Assembly: GCA_021208565.1 (NCBI GenBank)
Contig: JAJOJN010000098.1
Span: 313 to 64,312 of the forward strand
Length of the DNA: 64,000 nt
Reading direction: 5' to 3'
Source: Nitrincola sp.
GTDB lineage: Bacteria > Pseudomonadota > Gammaproteobacteria > Pseudomonadales > Balneatricaceae
A program made the position numbers and the translations under genes. Shown one piece after another: positions 33,830-45,278 of this stretch. The first letter of the stretch is position 1, and each line of letters begins with the position of its first letter. The notes below the pieces were generated by a model, which had not been told where the DNA came from, did no database searches, and was given only the letters and a program-made list of their open reading frames with translations.

Positions 33830-34759
33830 TTAGAAGATATCTGCCGGACTCATACGCTGACCATTCAGCTCTTCAGGTGATGCCGCGCGAATCGGCATAC
33901 CTAGCTCATCTTGTCCACGTTGAAGTATGATTTCGACACGACGATTACGTTGGCGATTTGCTTCAGAGTCATTGGGTACACGGGGTCTTGATGACGCCAG
34001 GCCAGCTACGGTAAAACGATTTTCATTCACACGTCTATCGGCAAATAACTCATCTGCAACCGCTAGAGCTCTTGCAGCAGAGAGGTGCCAATTAGATGGG
34101 TAAGTAGCACTACTAAATGGCACCGAGTCGGTATGTCCCTCGATAGCCACTGTGCCGGGAATACTGATAAGAAGGTCTCTAATCTTGGCCAAAATTGGAA
34201 TATATTCATCCTGAACGAACGCCGATCCCGGAGCAAAAGAGCCTTGCTCACGTAAGCGAATAATGACTTTGGTACCATCTGTTTCCACTTCAACAGCACC
34301 TTCACCTATCTCAGATGCTAAGGCCATCGAGAATTGAATAGCATCCTGGCGCGCTTGCTCTTCCTGTTGCTGTTGTTGCTCGCTGGCTGCTTGCCGATCT
34401 TGAATAACGGCCTCACCCTCTTGCGAACGCACATCCAAGGTATGCAAAACGACATCAGTGGTGACCTGTCTAACCTCATTCAAAGGTGTTGGTTCAGGCC
34501 TTCCGGGGCTAAACTCTTGGGCAATAATCGAGGTTCCTTTGGGAATATCCTCAACCTTGATTTGCGCTTGCACACCAAAGGCTTCTCGCATAGAACCAGC
34601 CAACTGCTTAAAGCGCAACACATCCATTTCTGAGAAAGACAACAAAAGCACAAAGAAGCACATCAACAGTGACATCAAGTCACCGAAGGTCGCTAACCAA
34701 GCGGGGAGCCCTTTCTTACAGGGTGGGCAATTGCAATCTTCTTCAGCACTCATCGACAC
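33830..34759 (-). CDS. pomB: Flagellar stator B subunit (PomB/MotB)
   Basis: WLATFGDLMSLLMCFFVLLLSFS; OmpA-like IEGHTD and NRRVEI. Confidence 0.9.
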   Translation of the reverse strand: MSMSAEEDCNCPPCKKGLPAWLATFGDLMSLLMCFFVLLLSFSEMDVLRFKQLAGSMREAFGVQAQIKVEDIPKGTSIIAQEFSPGRPEPTPLNEVRQVTTDVVLHTLDVRSQEGEAVIQDRQAASEQQQQQEEQARQDAIQFSMALASEIGEGAVEVETDGTKVIIRLREQGSFAPGSAFVQDEYIPILAKIRDLLISIPGTVAIEGHTDSVPFSSATYPSNWHLSAARALAVADELFADRRVNENRFTVAGLASSRPRVPNDSEANRQRNRRVEIILQRGQDELGMPIRAASPEELNGQRMSPADIF

Positions 34760-35529
34760 TAACCTTCAGCAGAGGCCGAATTCGCGAAACGTTTTTTCTC
34801 GGGTAGATAGTTACGGAGCATCTGATCAATTACTCGAGGGTTTTGACCGGCTTGAATTGCAAGCAAACCATCTATGATCAAGGCACAATTTAACGCTTCT
34901 TCATCACGACGAAGATTTAACTTATCGGCGATCGGAATCGCAAACATATTGGCCATCATCGCACCATAAAGTGTTGTCAGAAGTGCCACCGCCATCGCAG
35001 GACCTATCGCCTTAGGATCATCCATATTGGATAGCATCGCGACAAGACCGATCAGGGTACCAATCATACCCATCGCAGGCCCCACATCACCTAAGGCTGC
35101 AAAAATTCTTGCCCCAAAATCGTGACGGTCATAGGTTAATCGAGCTTCTTTATTCAAAAGTTGCTTAACAACCTCTGGGTCATGACCGTCAACCAGTAAC
35201 TGAATACCACGTTGCATAAAATCACTTGAAACCTGCTTATCCTCCAAGGATAGCAACCCGCCCTTACGAGCGGCATCGGCCATTTCAACCGTTTCAGCAA
35301 TAATATCTTCAGGATTAACAGACTTGAACATAAAGGCTTTAGCGGCGACTTTACCCGCCGCTAAAAATTGACCGAGTGTGAATTTAATTAAAACAACGAA
35401 AATACTGCCACCCAATACAATGAGCAGTGACGGTGCATTGACGAACATACCGATATCGCCACCCAACACCATCGCCATGGTGATGATAGCAAACGCACCG
35501 ATGATACCAACAATAGTAGCTATATCCAC
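34759..35529 (-). CDS. pomA: Flagellar stator A subunit (PomA type)
   Basis: GTG start; ARKGGLLSLE, PAMGMIGTLIGLV, MAVALLTTLYG. Confidence 0.92.
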   Translation of the reverse strand: MDIATIVGIIGAFAIITMAMVLGGDIGMFVNAPSLLIVLGGSIFVVLIKFTLGQFLAAGKVAAKAFMFKSVNPEDIIAETVEMADAARKGGLLSLEDKQVSSDFMQRGIQLLVDGHDPEVVKQLLNKEARLTYDRHDFGARIFAALGDVGPAMGMIGTLIGLVAMLSNMDDPKAIGPAMAVALLTTLYGAMMANMFAIPIADKLNLRRDEEALNCALIIDGLLAIQAGQNPRVIDQMLRNYLPEKKRFANSASAEG

Positions 35530-35701
35530 GAACAGACCCCTGATATAGACATTAAAACGGGAAACACAACTATATTAGAAAAGATAATACCAGATTTATT
35601 GTAAGGATCACCTGCTATTTAAGTATTTAATCGGAATGCCGATTGACCCAGCCAATGAGGTTGGGTAACGTGCATCGTTATTTTGAAAAAAGGCAACTCC
35701 C

Positions 35702-35947
35702 ATGTCAGATACCGAAACGACACTGAGCTTTGAAGAAGCGATGGAGCGCTTAGAATCTCTCGTGAATCAGATGGAAGACGGCAACTTAAGTATCGAGTCC
35801 TCTTTGGCTTCGTTTGAAGAAGGGATTCGACTGACCAGACAATGCCAGACTATCCTTGAGCAGGCTGAACAAAAGGTAAAACTTCTAAGCGAAGAAAAAG
35901 GCAAGATCCTTGCTAAACCTTTTCATGAAAACGAGGCTGATGCGTGA
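35702..35947 (+). CDS. xseB: Exodeoxyribonuclease VII small subunit
   Basis: SFEEAMERLESLV..FEEGIRL..AEQKV. Confidence 0.95.
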   Translation: MSDTETTLSFEEAMERLESLVNQMEDGNLSIESSLASFEEGIRLTRQCQTILEQAEQKVKLLSEEKGKILAKPFHENEADA

Positions 35948-36832
35948 CTCTCGACTCACTGCTAACACAATTATCTGAACGCATTAATCAGCAGCTTAAA
36001 CCTAGCCATCTCCCCTGAAGACAGCTTACATGAGCCACTTCAAGAAGCGATGCGTTACAGCTTGATGAATGGCGGTAAGCGTATTCGCCCATCTTGGTCT
36101 ATCTCAGTAATCAATTTTGCGGTGGATCGATTGAGTTAGCCGATCCTCCTGCCATCGCCATTGAAATGCTGCATAGTTATTCACTGGTTCATGATGATCT
36201 TCCCGCGATGGATAATGATGAATTACGTCGCGGCAAACCCACCTGTCATATCGCCTTTGACGAAGCGACAGCTATTTTGGCAGGCGATGGTTTATTAACC
36301 AGCTCGTTCGAAGTATTAAGCCGACCAGATCAAGGGTATACCGCCAATCAACAACTGGCGATGATTTACTGTTTAAGCAAAGCCGCTGGCGAGCGAGGCA
36401 TGGTCTTGGGTCAAGCCTTCGATTTAAGTCATGTTGGACAGCCCCTAACTCTAGATCAACTGAAGCAGATGCATGCCCTCAAAACAGGCGCTTTAATCAC
36501 CTGCGCCCTTGAACTAGGCGCTCTATCAGCCGGTGAGCTGAATGGCGAGCGACTCGACGCCTTGCGTAAATTTGGTAGCGCTATCGGCTTAGCTTTTCAG
36601 GTCAAAGATGATCTGCTGGATATCGAATCGGATACTGAAACACTCGGGAAACCCAGCGGATCAGATCAAGCGAAAAATAAACCGACTTATCCATCGTTAC
36701 TCGGGATTGAAGCTTGCCGCGAGCTATTAGAGAAACTTTTGCAACAAGCTCATCATTCACTCAAGCCTTACGGCAAAAAATGCCGATGACTTGCTCGCGT
36801 TAGCACACTACATAGTAAGACGTAATTACTGA
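35944..36832 (+). CDS. ispA: Farnesyl diphosphate synthase (several apparent frameshifts)
   Basis: GTG 35944; AMRYSLMNGGKRIR, YSLVHDDLPAMDNDELRRGKPT, FQVKDDLLD; corrected end IVRRNY* overlaps the dxs ATG. Confidence 0.92.
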
Positions 36833-38613
36833 TGTTTGACACCCTACCTGAACTACCACCACCAACACCTTTACTCGACAGGGTTCAAACCCCAGTAGAG
36901 TTACGCCAACTCAGCATACCCCAGTTATCGCAACTGGCTGAAGAGTTACGGCATTGGCTACTTTACAGTGTCGGTCAAACCGGTGGGCACTTTGGTGCAG
37001 GACTGGGTGTGGTCGAACTCACCTTAGCACTCCATTATTGTCTGAACACACCAGAAGATTTTTTGGTCTGGGATGTCGGCCATCAATGCTATCCGCATAA
37101 AATCATTACTGGGCGCAAAGACCAAATGGTCACGATGCGCCAACGATTCGGCTTAGCGCCCTTCCCAAAACGTGATGAGAGCATTTGGGATAGTTTTGGT
37201 ACTGGCCACTCCAGCACCTCTATCAGTGCCGCCTTAGGCTTTGCGCTGGCCGCTAAACTAAAAGGGGAACGCAAGCACAGTGTGGCCGTTATTGGCGATG
37301 GTGCTATGACGGCTGGAATGGCTTTCGAAGCGATGAATCATGCGGCACATACTGATGCGAATCTACTGGTCATTCTCAACGATAATGATATGTCCATCTC
37401 GCCTAACGAGGGAGGGTTTGCGACCTATCTTGCCAAAAACTTGCGTAATCGCATCTCAGGAGAAACCTCGGCAGCACTCTTTGAAGCCCTCGCTTTCGAG
37501 TACACCGGTCCTATCGATGGCCATGATCTACCTACACTCATTCATACACTCAAGCAGATACTGCCCCGCAAAGGCCCACAGTTTTTACATCTTGTGACCT
37601 GTAAAGGGAAAGGCTATGCACCTGCCGAAGCGGATCCTGTGGGTTTTCATGCCATCACCAAAATTGAGCCCGTAAACCAGCCTAAACAGCCCAAGCGTAA
37701 GCGCTTTTGTAATATTTTTGGTGAATGGCTGGTCAATCGAGCCAAAACAGACAGTCAACTCGTCGCCATTACACCCGCCATGCGTGAAGGCTCTGATCTG
37801 ATTGCCTTTTCCAAGCTCTACCCTAATCGCTACTTTGATGTGGCGATTGCTGAACAGCACGCTCTCACCCTAGCCGCGGGACTCGCTACGGGTGGTATGC
37901 AACCGGTGGTGGCGATCTACTCAACCTTTTTACAACGCGGCTATGACCAACTCATCCATGATATCGCGATACAAAAGCTCGATTTAGTGCTGGCGATAGA
38001 TCGTGCTGGGTTAGTTGGAGAGGATGGCGCGACCCATGCGGGCTGTTTTGATATCGCGTTTTTACGCTGCCTTCCCGATGTGCAAATCTTAACTCCCTCT
38101 AGCCATGATGAACTTAGCTTGATGTTGGATTACGCCAGAGAAACCTCTGGTGTCGTTGCGGTGAGATATCCTAGAGGCAGTGAGGCAAGCTGGCTTCCTA
38201 AAGCTAAAACCAAGCGATTGTTACCTAAAGCCAATCTGATACGTGAAGGCAGCAGCCATCTACTCCTCAACTTTGGCCCTTTGTTAGACCAAGCTTGGAA
38301 AGCAGCCGAAGAATTGGATATGTCTCTCGTCGATATGCGTAGCGTCAAGCCACTGGATGAGTCGCTACTGACCGAGATCCTAAAACCTGGCCAATTGATC
38401 ATTACACTAGAAGATCATTCAGTCATGGGCGGTGCTGGCTCAGCAGTAAGTGAGTGGTTACATAAGCAAGGATTTAATAACCCACTGTTAATACTTGGTA
38501 TTCCAGATCGATGGATCGAGCACGCCAGCCGCGAAGAACAATTACTGAGTTGCCGCTTAGATGCGCTGGGGATTCAGCGCTCAATTGAGGATTATCTTCA
38601 TCCGGTGAAATGA
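36832..38613 (+). CDS. dxs: 1-deoxy-D-xylulose-5-phosphate synthase
   Basis: WDVGHQCYPHK, GDGAMTAG..NDN ThDP motif, IAEQHA, DRAGLVGEDGATH. Confidence 0.95.
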   Translation: MFDTLPELPPPTPLLDRVQTPVELRQLSIPQLSQLAEELRHWLLYSVGQTGGHFGAGLGVVELTLALHYCLNTPEDFLVWDVGHQCYPHKIITGRKDQMVTMRQRFGLAPFPKRDESIWDSFGTGHSSTSISAALGFALAAKLKGERKHSVAVIGDGAMTAGMAFEAMNHAAHTDANLLVILNDNDMSISPNEGGFATYLAKNLRNRISGETSAALFEALAFEYTGPIDGHDLPTLIHTLKQILPRKGPQFLHLVTCKGKGYAPAEADPVGFHAITKIEPVNQPKQPKRKRFCNIFGEWLVNRAKTDSQLVAITPAMREGSDLIAFSKLYPNRYFDVAIAEQHALTLAAGLATGGMQPVVAIYSTFLQRGYDQLIHDIAIQKLDLVLAIDRAGLVGEDGATHAGCFDIAFLRCLPDVQILTPSSHDELSLMLDYARETSGVVAVRYPRGSEASWLPKAKTKRLLPKANLIREGSSHLLLNFGPLLDQAWKAAEELDMSLVDMRSVKPLDESLLTEILKPGQLIITLEDHSVMGGAGSAVSEWLHKQGFNNPLLILGIPDRWIEHASREEQLLSCRLDALGIQRSIEDYLHPVK

Positions 38614-38625
38614 TTTCACCGGATG
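38599..38625. terminator. Perfect hairpin with the dxs stop codon in its loop, between convergent dxs and ribA
   Basis: CATCCGGTGAAA-TGA-TTTCACCGGATG. Confidence 0.55.
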
Positions 38626-38637
38626 TGACCCTACTCT

Positions 38638-39252
38638 TTAGAAGTTACCTTCTGGAAAATGCTCGTCCTGCATCATGTGCCCGAGTTTACCCATTTTCGT
38701 TTGTAAGTAATTTTCGTTATGGCGATTTTTACCCACTTGCAAAGGCACTCGTTCTGCAACCGTCACGCCTGCTGCTTCAAGGGCTTTGACCTTCCGTGGA
38801 TTGTTGGTCATTAACTTGACCGAGTTGATACCTAAATGTTTCAGCATCGGCAAACAGATACTGTAGTCTCGCATATCTGCAGCGAAACCCAGTTTTTCGT
38901 TGGCTTCAACCGTATCCGCTCCTTGATCCTGCAGATGGTAGGCTTTGATCTTGTTGAGCAATCCGATACCTCGGCCTTCCTGACGTAAATAAAAGAGCAC
39001 ACCTCGCCCCTCTTCGGAGATACGTCTTAAGGCTTCCTGTAACTGAAAACCGCAATCGCAGCGCAAGCTGAATAGCGCATCCCCTGTTAGACATTCTGAG
39101 TGCATACGCGCCAAAACAGGTTCACCCGAGCTAACATCACCACAGATCAGAGCAACATGCTCTTTGCCGGTGACGGTATCTTCAAAGCCAACCATGGTGA
39201 ATACACCCCAAGGGGTTGGCAATTTCGATTGTGCGATAAACTCAACAGACAA
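38638..39252 (-). CDS. ribA: GTP cyclohydrolase II
   Basis: [33 protein letters not shown]. Confidence 0.97.
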   Translation of the reverse strand: MSVEFIAQSKLPTPWGVFTMVGFEDTVTGKEHVALICGDVSSGEPVLARMHSECLTGDALFSLRCDCGFQLQEALRRISEEGRGVLFYLRQEGRGIGLLNKIKAYHLQDQGADTVEANEKLGFAADMRDYSICLPMLKHLGINSVKLMTNNPRKVKALEAAGVTVAERVPLQVGKNRHNENYLQTKMGKLGHMMQDEHFPEGNF

Positions 39253-39268
39253 GGTTTTTTCCTGTTAG

Positions 39269-39748
39269 CTAAAAAAAAGCGACCAAAATTTGAAGTACTA
39301 CCAGTGCATAAACACCAGCAATCACATCATCCAACATGATACCCAGACCACCACTGACTCGGCGATCTGCCCAGCCAATCGGCCAAGGCTTCCAGATATC
39401 AAATAATCGAAACAATGCAAAACCCAATAAAATCCAGAACCAATGCATAGGTACGGCAAATAGAGCAATCCAGAGCCCTACAAACTCATCCCATACAATG
39501 CCACCATGATCATGTACGCCAATATCTTCAGAGGTTTGATGACAGATCCATACTCCAATAATGGTGGCGACAATCAAGGTTAACAAGTAGGCATCTGTGG
39601 AAAGCGGTGCGAACACAAAATACCAAATGGGCAGCGCCGCAAGGGTTCCCATGGTTCCTGGCGCTACAGAAGAGGCCCCACTACCAAAGCCAAAGGCCGC
39701 AAAATGAATAGGATTTTGCCATACCGATTTGGGTGTTTTCTCAGACAT
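39269..39748 (-). CDS. pgpA: Phosphatidylglycerophosphatase A
   Basis: APGTMGT, IVWDEFVG, LFRLFDIWKPWPI, IMLDD. Confidence 0.95.
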   Translation of the reverse strand: MSEKTPKSVWQNPIHFAAFGFGSGASSVAPGTMGTLAALPIWYFVFAPLSTDAYLLTLIVATIIGVWICHQTSEDIGVHDHGGIVWDEFVGLWIALFAVPMHWFWILLGFALFRLFDIWKPWPIGWADRRVSGGLGIMLDDVIAGVYALVVLQILVAFF

Positions 39749-39759
39749 ACACGCTCCTG

Positions 39760-40738
39760 TTACTGTGACGTTTTAAAGTGATCAAACCCTTTAAGACTAT
39801 AAGGATGCTGCCATGGCTGGCCTTGTCTCAACAAACACAACGTAGGTGCAGCAATGATACGACCGATCACCCTGACAGGCGTCCCAATTTGGGTCGCGAT
39901 TTCGGACACGTTAGAACCCTGTGACGGCGCAAAGGTCACGCAGAGTTCAAAGTCCTCACCTCCGGTAAGCGCCCAATCCAGTCGCTGCTGATCATCCCGA
40001 GTGAAAGCTAACAAAGACTCGGAGAAAGGCAAGTGATCAACGTCTAGCTCGGCACCACATTGGCTGGCATCCAAAATATGCCCTAAGTCGGCGAGCAAGC
40101 CATCGGATATATCCACCGCACTATGGAGATGTGGCGCCAAGGCTTGCGCCAGACGCAACCTGGGCTCTGGCTGATAAAAACGTTCACGTAACCATTCAGT
40201 GCAAGCTAATGACGCTTTGTGTGGCTGGATCAAGCTTTCTAAACCTGCCCGACTGTCACCCAGCGTCCCGGTGACGGCAATCAAATCGCCGACCTGAGCA
40301 CCACCGCGCTTGAGTGCATGCTCTTTAACCACAGAACCATGCACCGTTAAGGATAACGCCAAGGGACCGCGAGTCGTGTCCCCACCCACTAGGGTTAATT
40401 CCTAACTCTGTAGAACGCTTGGCCAGCGCGGAAGCGAAACTCTCCAGCCAAGATTCATTTACATCCGGTAGCGTCAGGGCAAGGGTATACCACAAAGGTC
40501 TCGCACCCATTGCCGCCAAATCACTTACCGCAGCACCTAATGCACGCTGTGCGATTCGGTCAGCGGGCGTATCGGCAAGAAAGTGGATGCCCGATACCAG
40601 CGTATCGACTGAGACGACCAACGACTCACCCGCTGGAACCTGAAGCAACGCCGCGTCATCACCTATGCCCAGCAGCACACTACTGGAACTCGGTTGTTTA
40701 CGCACAAAATAACGTTGTATCAGTTCAAATTCGCCCAT
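39760..40738 (-). CDS. thiL: Thiamine-monophosphate kinase (apparent frameshift ~40395)
   Basis: MGEFELI, GIGDDAA, SDLAAMGA, GGDTT, DISDGL, GGEDFEL. Confidence 0.95.
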
Positions 40739-41214
40739 TAGCGACCACGTTTCGCCATCACTTCTGCCGCACGCACTTTTTGTGCGAGCTTATCTAACAC
40801 GCCGTTCACATAGCGATGGCTTTCCGTTGCACCAAAGGTTTTGGCTAGTTCGACACTTTCGTTAATAGCAACACGATAAGGCACTTCAAGACGTTCAATC
40901 AGCTCATAGGCACCAATACGCAATACTGCTAATTCCACAGGGTCAAGATCATCTACCGAACGATCTAGGAACAGTGAATAAGCTTGATCAAGCGTTTTGG
41001 CGCGGGCTGTCACACCGCGTAGCAGCTCACCAAACAGCGCCACATCGGTATCTGACATGTCGTTATTGACACGAAATTGGGCTTCAATTTCATTGACCGG
41101 CAAGGGCGCCATTTGCCATTGGTAAAGCGCTTGCAAGGTGTAGTTACGTGCATTACGACGCATCTCTGTGCGTGATAATTTACGCTTTTTTTCTGGACCA
41201 GATGACTCACTCAT
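40738..41214 (-). CDS. nusB: Transcription antitermination factor NusB
   Basis: RRNAR..LQALYQW, INESVELAKTFG, YVNGVLD. Confidence 0.97.
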   Translation of the reverse strand: MSESSGPEKKRKLSRTEMRRNARNYTLQALYQWQMAPLPVNEIEAQFRVNNDMSDTDVALFGELLRGVTARAKTLDQAYSLFLDRSVDDLDPVELAVLRIGAYELIERLEVPYRVAINESVELAKTFGATESHRYVNGVLDKLAQKVRAAEVMAKRGR

Positions 41215-41218
41215 GTCA

Positions 41219-41692
41219 TCAAGCCTCAAGGCGACGCATTAAACTCACCATTTCCAGCGCTGACATGGCCGCTTCCGCACCTTTGTTGCCAGCTTTAGTA
41301 CCTGAACGCTCTACCGCTTGCTCAATGGTGTTGACTGTCAAAATACCGTTCGCCACGGGCAGATCGTAATCCATCATGACTTGAGCAATACCTTTTGAGC
41401 TTTCAGCAGATACATACTCAAAATGCGGTGTGCCGCCTCGAATCACGGCACCTAGTGCGATGATGGCATCATCTTTTTTCTGTCCCGCAATTTTCTTCAC
41501 CGCCAGTGGGATTTCAAAAGCACCCGGTACACGAATAATACGGATGTTATCTTCGCTCACACCATGACGCTTCAGTGTATCCAAGGCACCTTCTAGCAGG
41601 CTTTCAACTACGAATGCATTAAAACGACCGACAACAATCGCATATTTTCCATCGGCGCTAACAAAATCGCCTTCATAAGTTTTCACTGACAT
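41219..41692 (-). CDS. ribH: 6,7-dimethyl-8-ribityllumazine synthase
   Basis: [32 protein letters not shown]. Confidence 0.97.
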   Translation of the reverse strand: MSVKTYEGDFVSADGKYAIVVGRFNAFVVESLLEGALDTLKRHGVSEDNIRIIRVPGAFEIPLAVKKIAGQKKDDAIIALGAVIRGGTPHFEYVSAESSKGIAQVMMDYDLPVANGILTVNTIEQAVERSGTKAGNKGAEAAMSALEMVSLMRRLEA

Positions 41693-41746
41693 ATTCAATT
41701 TTCCGTTATTCATTTAGGTTGTTCTGCTTCAGCCACTCAAGATCGA

Positions 41747-42868
41747 CTATTCGTCTTGATAAGGGATGTACTCTTCAATCTCTAAATCAAAGCCAGAGAT
41801 TGCATTAAACTTCATCGGCGCAGACATCAAGCGCATTTTACCTACACCCAAGTCACGCAGAATCTGTGAACCAGTGCCCACGGTTAAATAAGCACCTGAC
41901 GCACTGACGTTCACTTTAGAACGCGCCATACTGCCATTGAGCATTTGATCTACAGCATCACCCAGATCGATACGATGTCCACTGTCTAACAACAGCACGA
42001 CACCGTGATCTTCTTCAGCCACACGGCGTAGGGCTCTACGCATAGTCCATTTTTTCTCTTCACTGGTCACGGCACCCACCACATCACGTAACACTTCAGA
42101 GCGGATATGCACCCTGACAAGAGTGGCTTTATCCGGTGAAATATCACCTTTCACCATCGCCAAGTGAGTACAGTTTTTAATTTCATCACGGTAGGTCACG
42201 TAGCGGAAGGTACCGTATTCAGTTGGCAACTCACCTTCACTTTCACGCGTGATAGTGTGCTCATTTAATGTACGGTAATGGATCAAATCCGCAATGGTAC
42301 CGATCTTCAAGCCATGCTTAGCGGCAAACTTTTCCAGATCAGGACGGCGCGCCATGCTGCCATCATCATTCATCACTTCGACGATCACCGACGCTGGCAT
42401 CAACCCAGCCAAACGTGGCAGATCGCAACCGGCTTCGGTATGACCGGCACGACTGAGGACACCACCAGGCTGCGCCATCAACGGAAAAATATGGCCCGGC
42501 TGGACAATATCTTCCGGTTTGGCATCTGCTTTTACAGCTGTTTGAACGGTGTGCGCTCTATCGGCCGCAGAAATACCGGTGGTCACACCCGTAGCGGCTT
42601 CAATCGACAGGGTAAAATTAGTCGAGAACTGAGCACCATTGCTGCGCACCATCAGGGGTAAATTGAGCTGTTCACAACGCTCACGCGTGAGGGTCAAACA
42701 GATCAAACCACGCGCGTGAGTGGCCATGAAGTTAATATCTTCTGGACGCACTTTTTCAGCCGCGATCACCAAGTCACCTTCGTTTTCACGATCTTCATCA
42801 TCCATCAGGATGACCATTTTGCCTTGGCGTATATCTTCAATTAACTCTTCGGGGCTATTCAGCTCCAT
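41747..42868 (-). CDS. ribB: DHBP synthase fused to a degenerate GTP cyclohydrolase II domain (RibBX type)
   Basis: [17 protein letters not shown]; C-terminal domain lacks the zinc-binding Cys triad. Confidence 0.92.
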   Translation of the reverse strand: MELNSPEELIEDIRQGKMVILMDDEDRENEGDLVIAAEKVRPEDINFMATHARGLICLTLTRERCEQLNLPLMVRSNGAQFSTNFTLSIEAATGVTTGISAADRAHTVQTAVKADAKPEDIVQPGHIFPLMAQPGGVLSRAGHTEAGCDLPRLAGLMPASVIVEVMNDDGSMARRPDLEKFAAKHGLKIGTIADLIHYRTLNEHTITRESEGELPTEYGTFRYVTYRDEIKNCTHLAMVKGDISPDKATLVRVHIRSEVLRDVVGAVTSEEKKWTMRRALRRVAEEDHGVVLLLDSGHRIDLGDAVDQMLNGSMARSKVNVSASGAYLTVGTGSQILRDLGVGKMRLMSAPMKFNAISGFDLEIEEYIPYQDE

Positions 42869-42907
42869 ATCTCTTCTCCGGAAAGGTATCTTCGGCGCAT
42901 ACGGATA

Positions 42908-43579
42908 TCAACGGCGCATAAAGCCATATTCTGCCAGTTTTTCCTGACTGATACCTGTAGATTCGTTTGAATTCTGATGATTTTGATCGTTTGCCTGTAA
43001 CAAACGCTCAAGGTAACGAGCAATTTGATCCACTTCAAGGTGAACCTGACAACCACTCTGATAAAGATCCATGATGGTCTCTTGAGCGGTGTGAGGCACA
43101 ATGTTTAACTCAAAGAGATCACCATTGACTGCATTCACGGTCAAGCTCACACCGTCAACCGTAATCGAGCCTTTGTGTGCAATGTATCGACTCAACTCAT
43201 GCGGGGCTTTTAAGGTAAAACGGATTGAACGCGCATCATCATGACGTTCAACCACTTCGCCTAAGCCGTCCACATGCCCACTGACTAAATGTCCCCCTAA
43301 GCGACTGGTGGGCATCAAGGCTTTTTCAAGATTCACAGGCTCACCCACTTTAAGCTCGTTAAAGCGAGTGTGCGCAAGTGTCTCGCGGGATACGTCAGCG
43401 ACAAAACCATCGCCCGGTAATTGAACAGCCGTCAAACAAACACCATTCACAGCGATACTGTCACCTAGTTTCACATCCGTGAGATCCAGCTTTCCTGTAC
43501 GCAGTGTTAACTGCATATCGCCATCTTTCATACGAATATCGGCGACTTCGCCTACGGCCTCTATAATGCCTGTAAACAT
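42908..43579 (-). CDS. ribE: Riboflavin synthase (RibE/RibC)
   Basis: MFTGIIE, GDSIAVNGVCLT, GGHLVSGHVD. Confidence 0.97.
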   Translation of the reverse strand: MFTGIIEAVGEVADIRMKDGDMQLTLRTGKLDLTDVKLGDSIAVNGVCLTAVQLPGDGFVADVSRETLAHTRFNELKVGEPVNLEKALMPTSRLGGHLVSGHVDGLGEVVERHDDARSIRFTLKAPHELSRYIAHKGSITVDGVSLTVNAVNGDLFELNIVPHTAQETIMDLYQSGCQVHLEVDQIARYLERLLQANDQNHQNSNESTGISQEKLAEYGFMRR

Positions 43580-43580
43580 C

Positions 43581-44706
43581 TTATTGCTCCGTTTGCGGGG
43601 TAAAGGTCATACGGATATCAGCACCCAGTTGTCTTAAATCACTTAAGACGAGACGCTTTTGCGCTGACATCTGCGATAAAGGTAAATTCACCAAGGGGCG
43701 GGCATCGCTTCCCAAGAGTGTCGTTGCCATATACACCGCCCATTCATCCACCAGATCTTGCTGAATAAAACTTCCCGCCAAACTAGCACCTGTTTCTAGC
43801 AACAGTTCATTGCATTGATGGTGCTTAGCGAGATATTCCAACACAGGAATCAGAGGCAGTTGATCATTCGACAGTGGAAAAGAGATAAGCCCCACACCCA
43901 AGGCTTCTAAGGCTTTACGCTTTTCTTGATCCGCTTGATCAGAGTGCACCACTAATAGATCCAAGGGATGCTTGATCAGTTTACTGTCAAGCGGCAAGCG
44001 TAAATGAGTATCCATTACCACCCGTAAAGGTTGATAAGTTCTAGCATTGCTCAGCAAACTCGGATCTCGAACCGTCAATTCAGGGTCATCCAGCAAAACT
44101 GATTCAATGCCTGTCATCACCGCAGAGCTTCGAGCACGAAGGCGCTGCACATCGGCACGCGCTTCGGGTCCTGTAATCCATTTAGATTCGCCACTTTGCA
44201 TTGCCGTACGCCCATCAAGACTCATGGCTGATTTTAGGCGAACAAATGGACGTCCCAACTTCATCCGTTTTATAAAACCCGGATTCAACGCTTCAGCTTG
44301 GTCCGCAAACAAACCGCAAGCCACTTGAATACCCGCCGTTTTCAGTTTTTGCAGACCACGACCCGCCACCAGCGGATTAGGGTCCTGCATGGCCACCACC
44401 ACTCGCGCCAAACCTGCTTTCACTAACGCATCGGCACAAGGCGGTGTTTTACCAAAATGACTGCAAGGCTCGAGGGTGACATAAGCCGTAGCACCCTGTG
44501 CTTGCTCGCCGGCTTGTTGTAAAGCAAGCGGTTCAGCATGAGGTTCACCCGCGCGCTGATGCCAAGCCTCGCCGATCACCTGCCCCTCTTTGACGATAAC
44601 ACAGCCAACTCGCGGATTAGGTTCAGTGGTATAAAAGGCCTTTAGCCGCAAGTTGTAATGCACGCGCCATAAAGCGACGATCATCTATGGAAAAGATTGC
44701 GTTCAT
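43581..44706 (-). CDS. ribD: Riboflavin biosynthesis deaminase/reductase (apparent frameshift near 5' end)
   Basis: [31 protein letters not shown]; ATG 44706 overlaps the nrdR stop. Confidence 0.95.
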
Positions 44707-45192
44707 TCATCGACCTTGTCAGTCGCATCAGTAGACGGATCTTTTGAAGAAAGCCGATCAATTTCTTGGCGGAACTGATCGATATCTTGGAAGCTTCGAT
44801 AAACCGATGCAAAACGCACATAGGCCACCTGATCGAGTTTGTGTAACTCTTTCATCACGGCGCTACCGACATCACGGGAAGGAATTTCACGCTCGCCACT
44901 GGCGCGCAAACGATGCTTGATTCGGGTAAGACAAGCTTCAAACTCTTCAACACTGACAGGGCGTTTTTTCTAACGCTCGCTGAATACCAGCTCGGAGTTT
45001 ATCTTCATCGAAGGGTTGACGTGTACCGTCGTTCTTAACCACTTTGGGCATTAACAACTCGGCCACTTCAAAGGTAGTAAAACGCTCATGGCAGCTGATA
45101 CATTCACGACGCCTACGGATCTGCTGACCCTCAGCCACTAATCTGGAGTCAACCACCTTGGTTTCATGTTCGCCACAAAATGGACAATGCAT
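44703..45192 (-). CDS. nrdR: Transcriptional repressor NrdR (apparent frameshift in T-run ~44964-44969)
   Basis: MHCPFC..KVVDSR..IRRRREC..RFTTFE; [12 protein letters not shown]. Confidence 0.95.
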
Positions 45193-45278
45193 CGGCCGCC
45201 TCGGTACTAAAGAGCGTTGTTCGGTACTTAGAATTTAGTCTTACCCAAGCACCGAGTATTTTGATCAGAAAATGTCGA

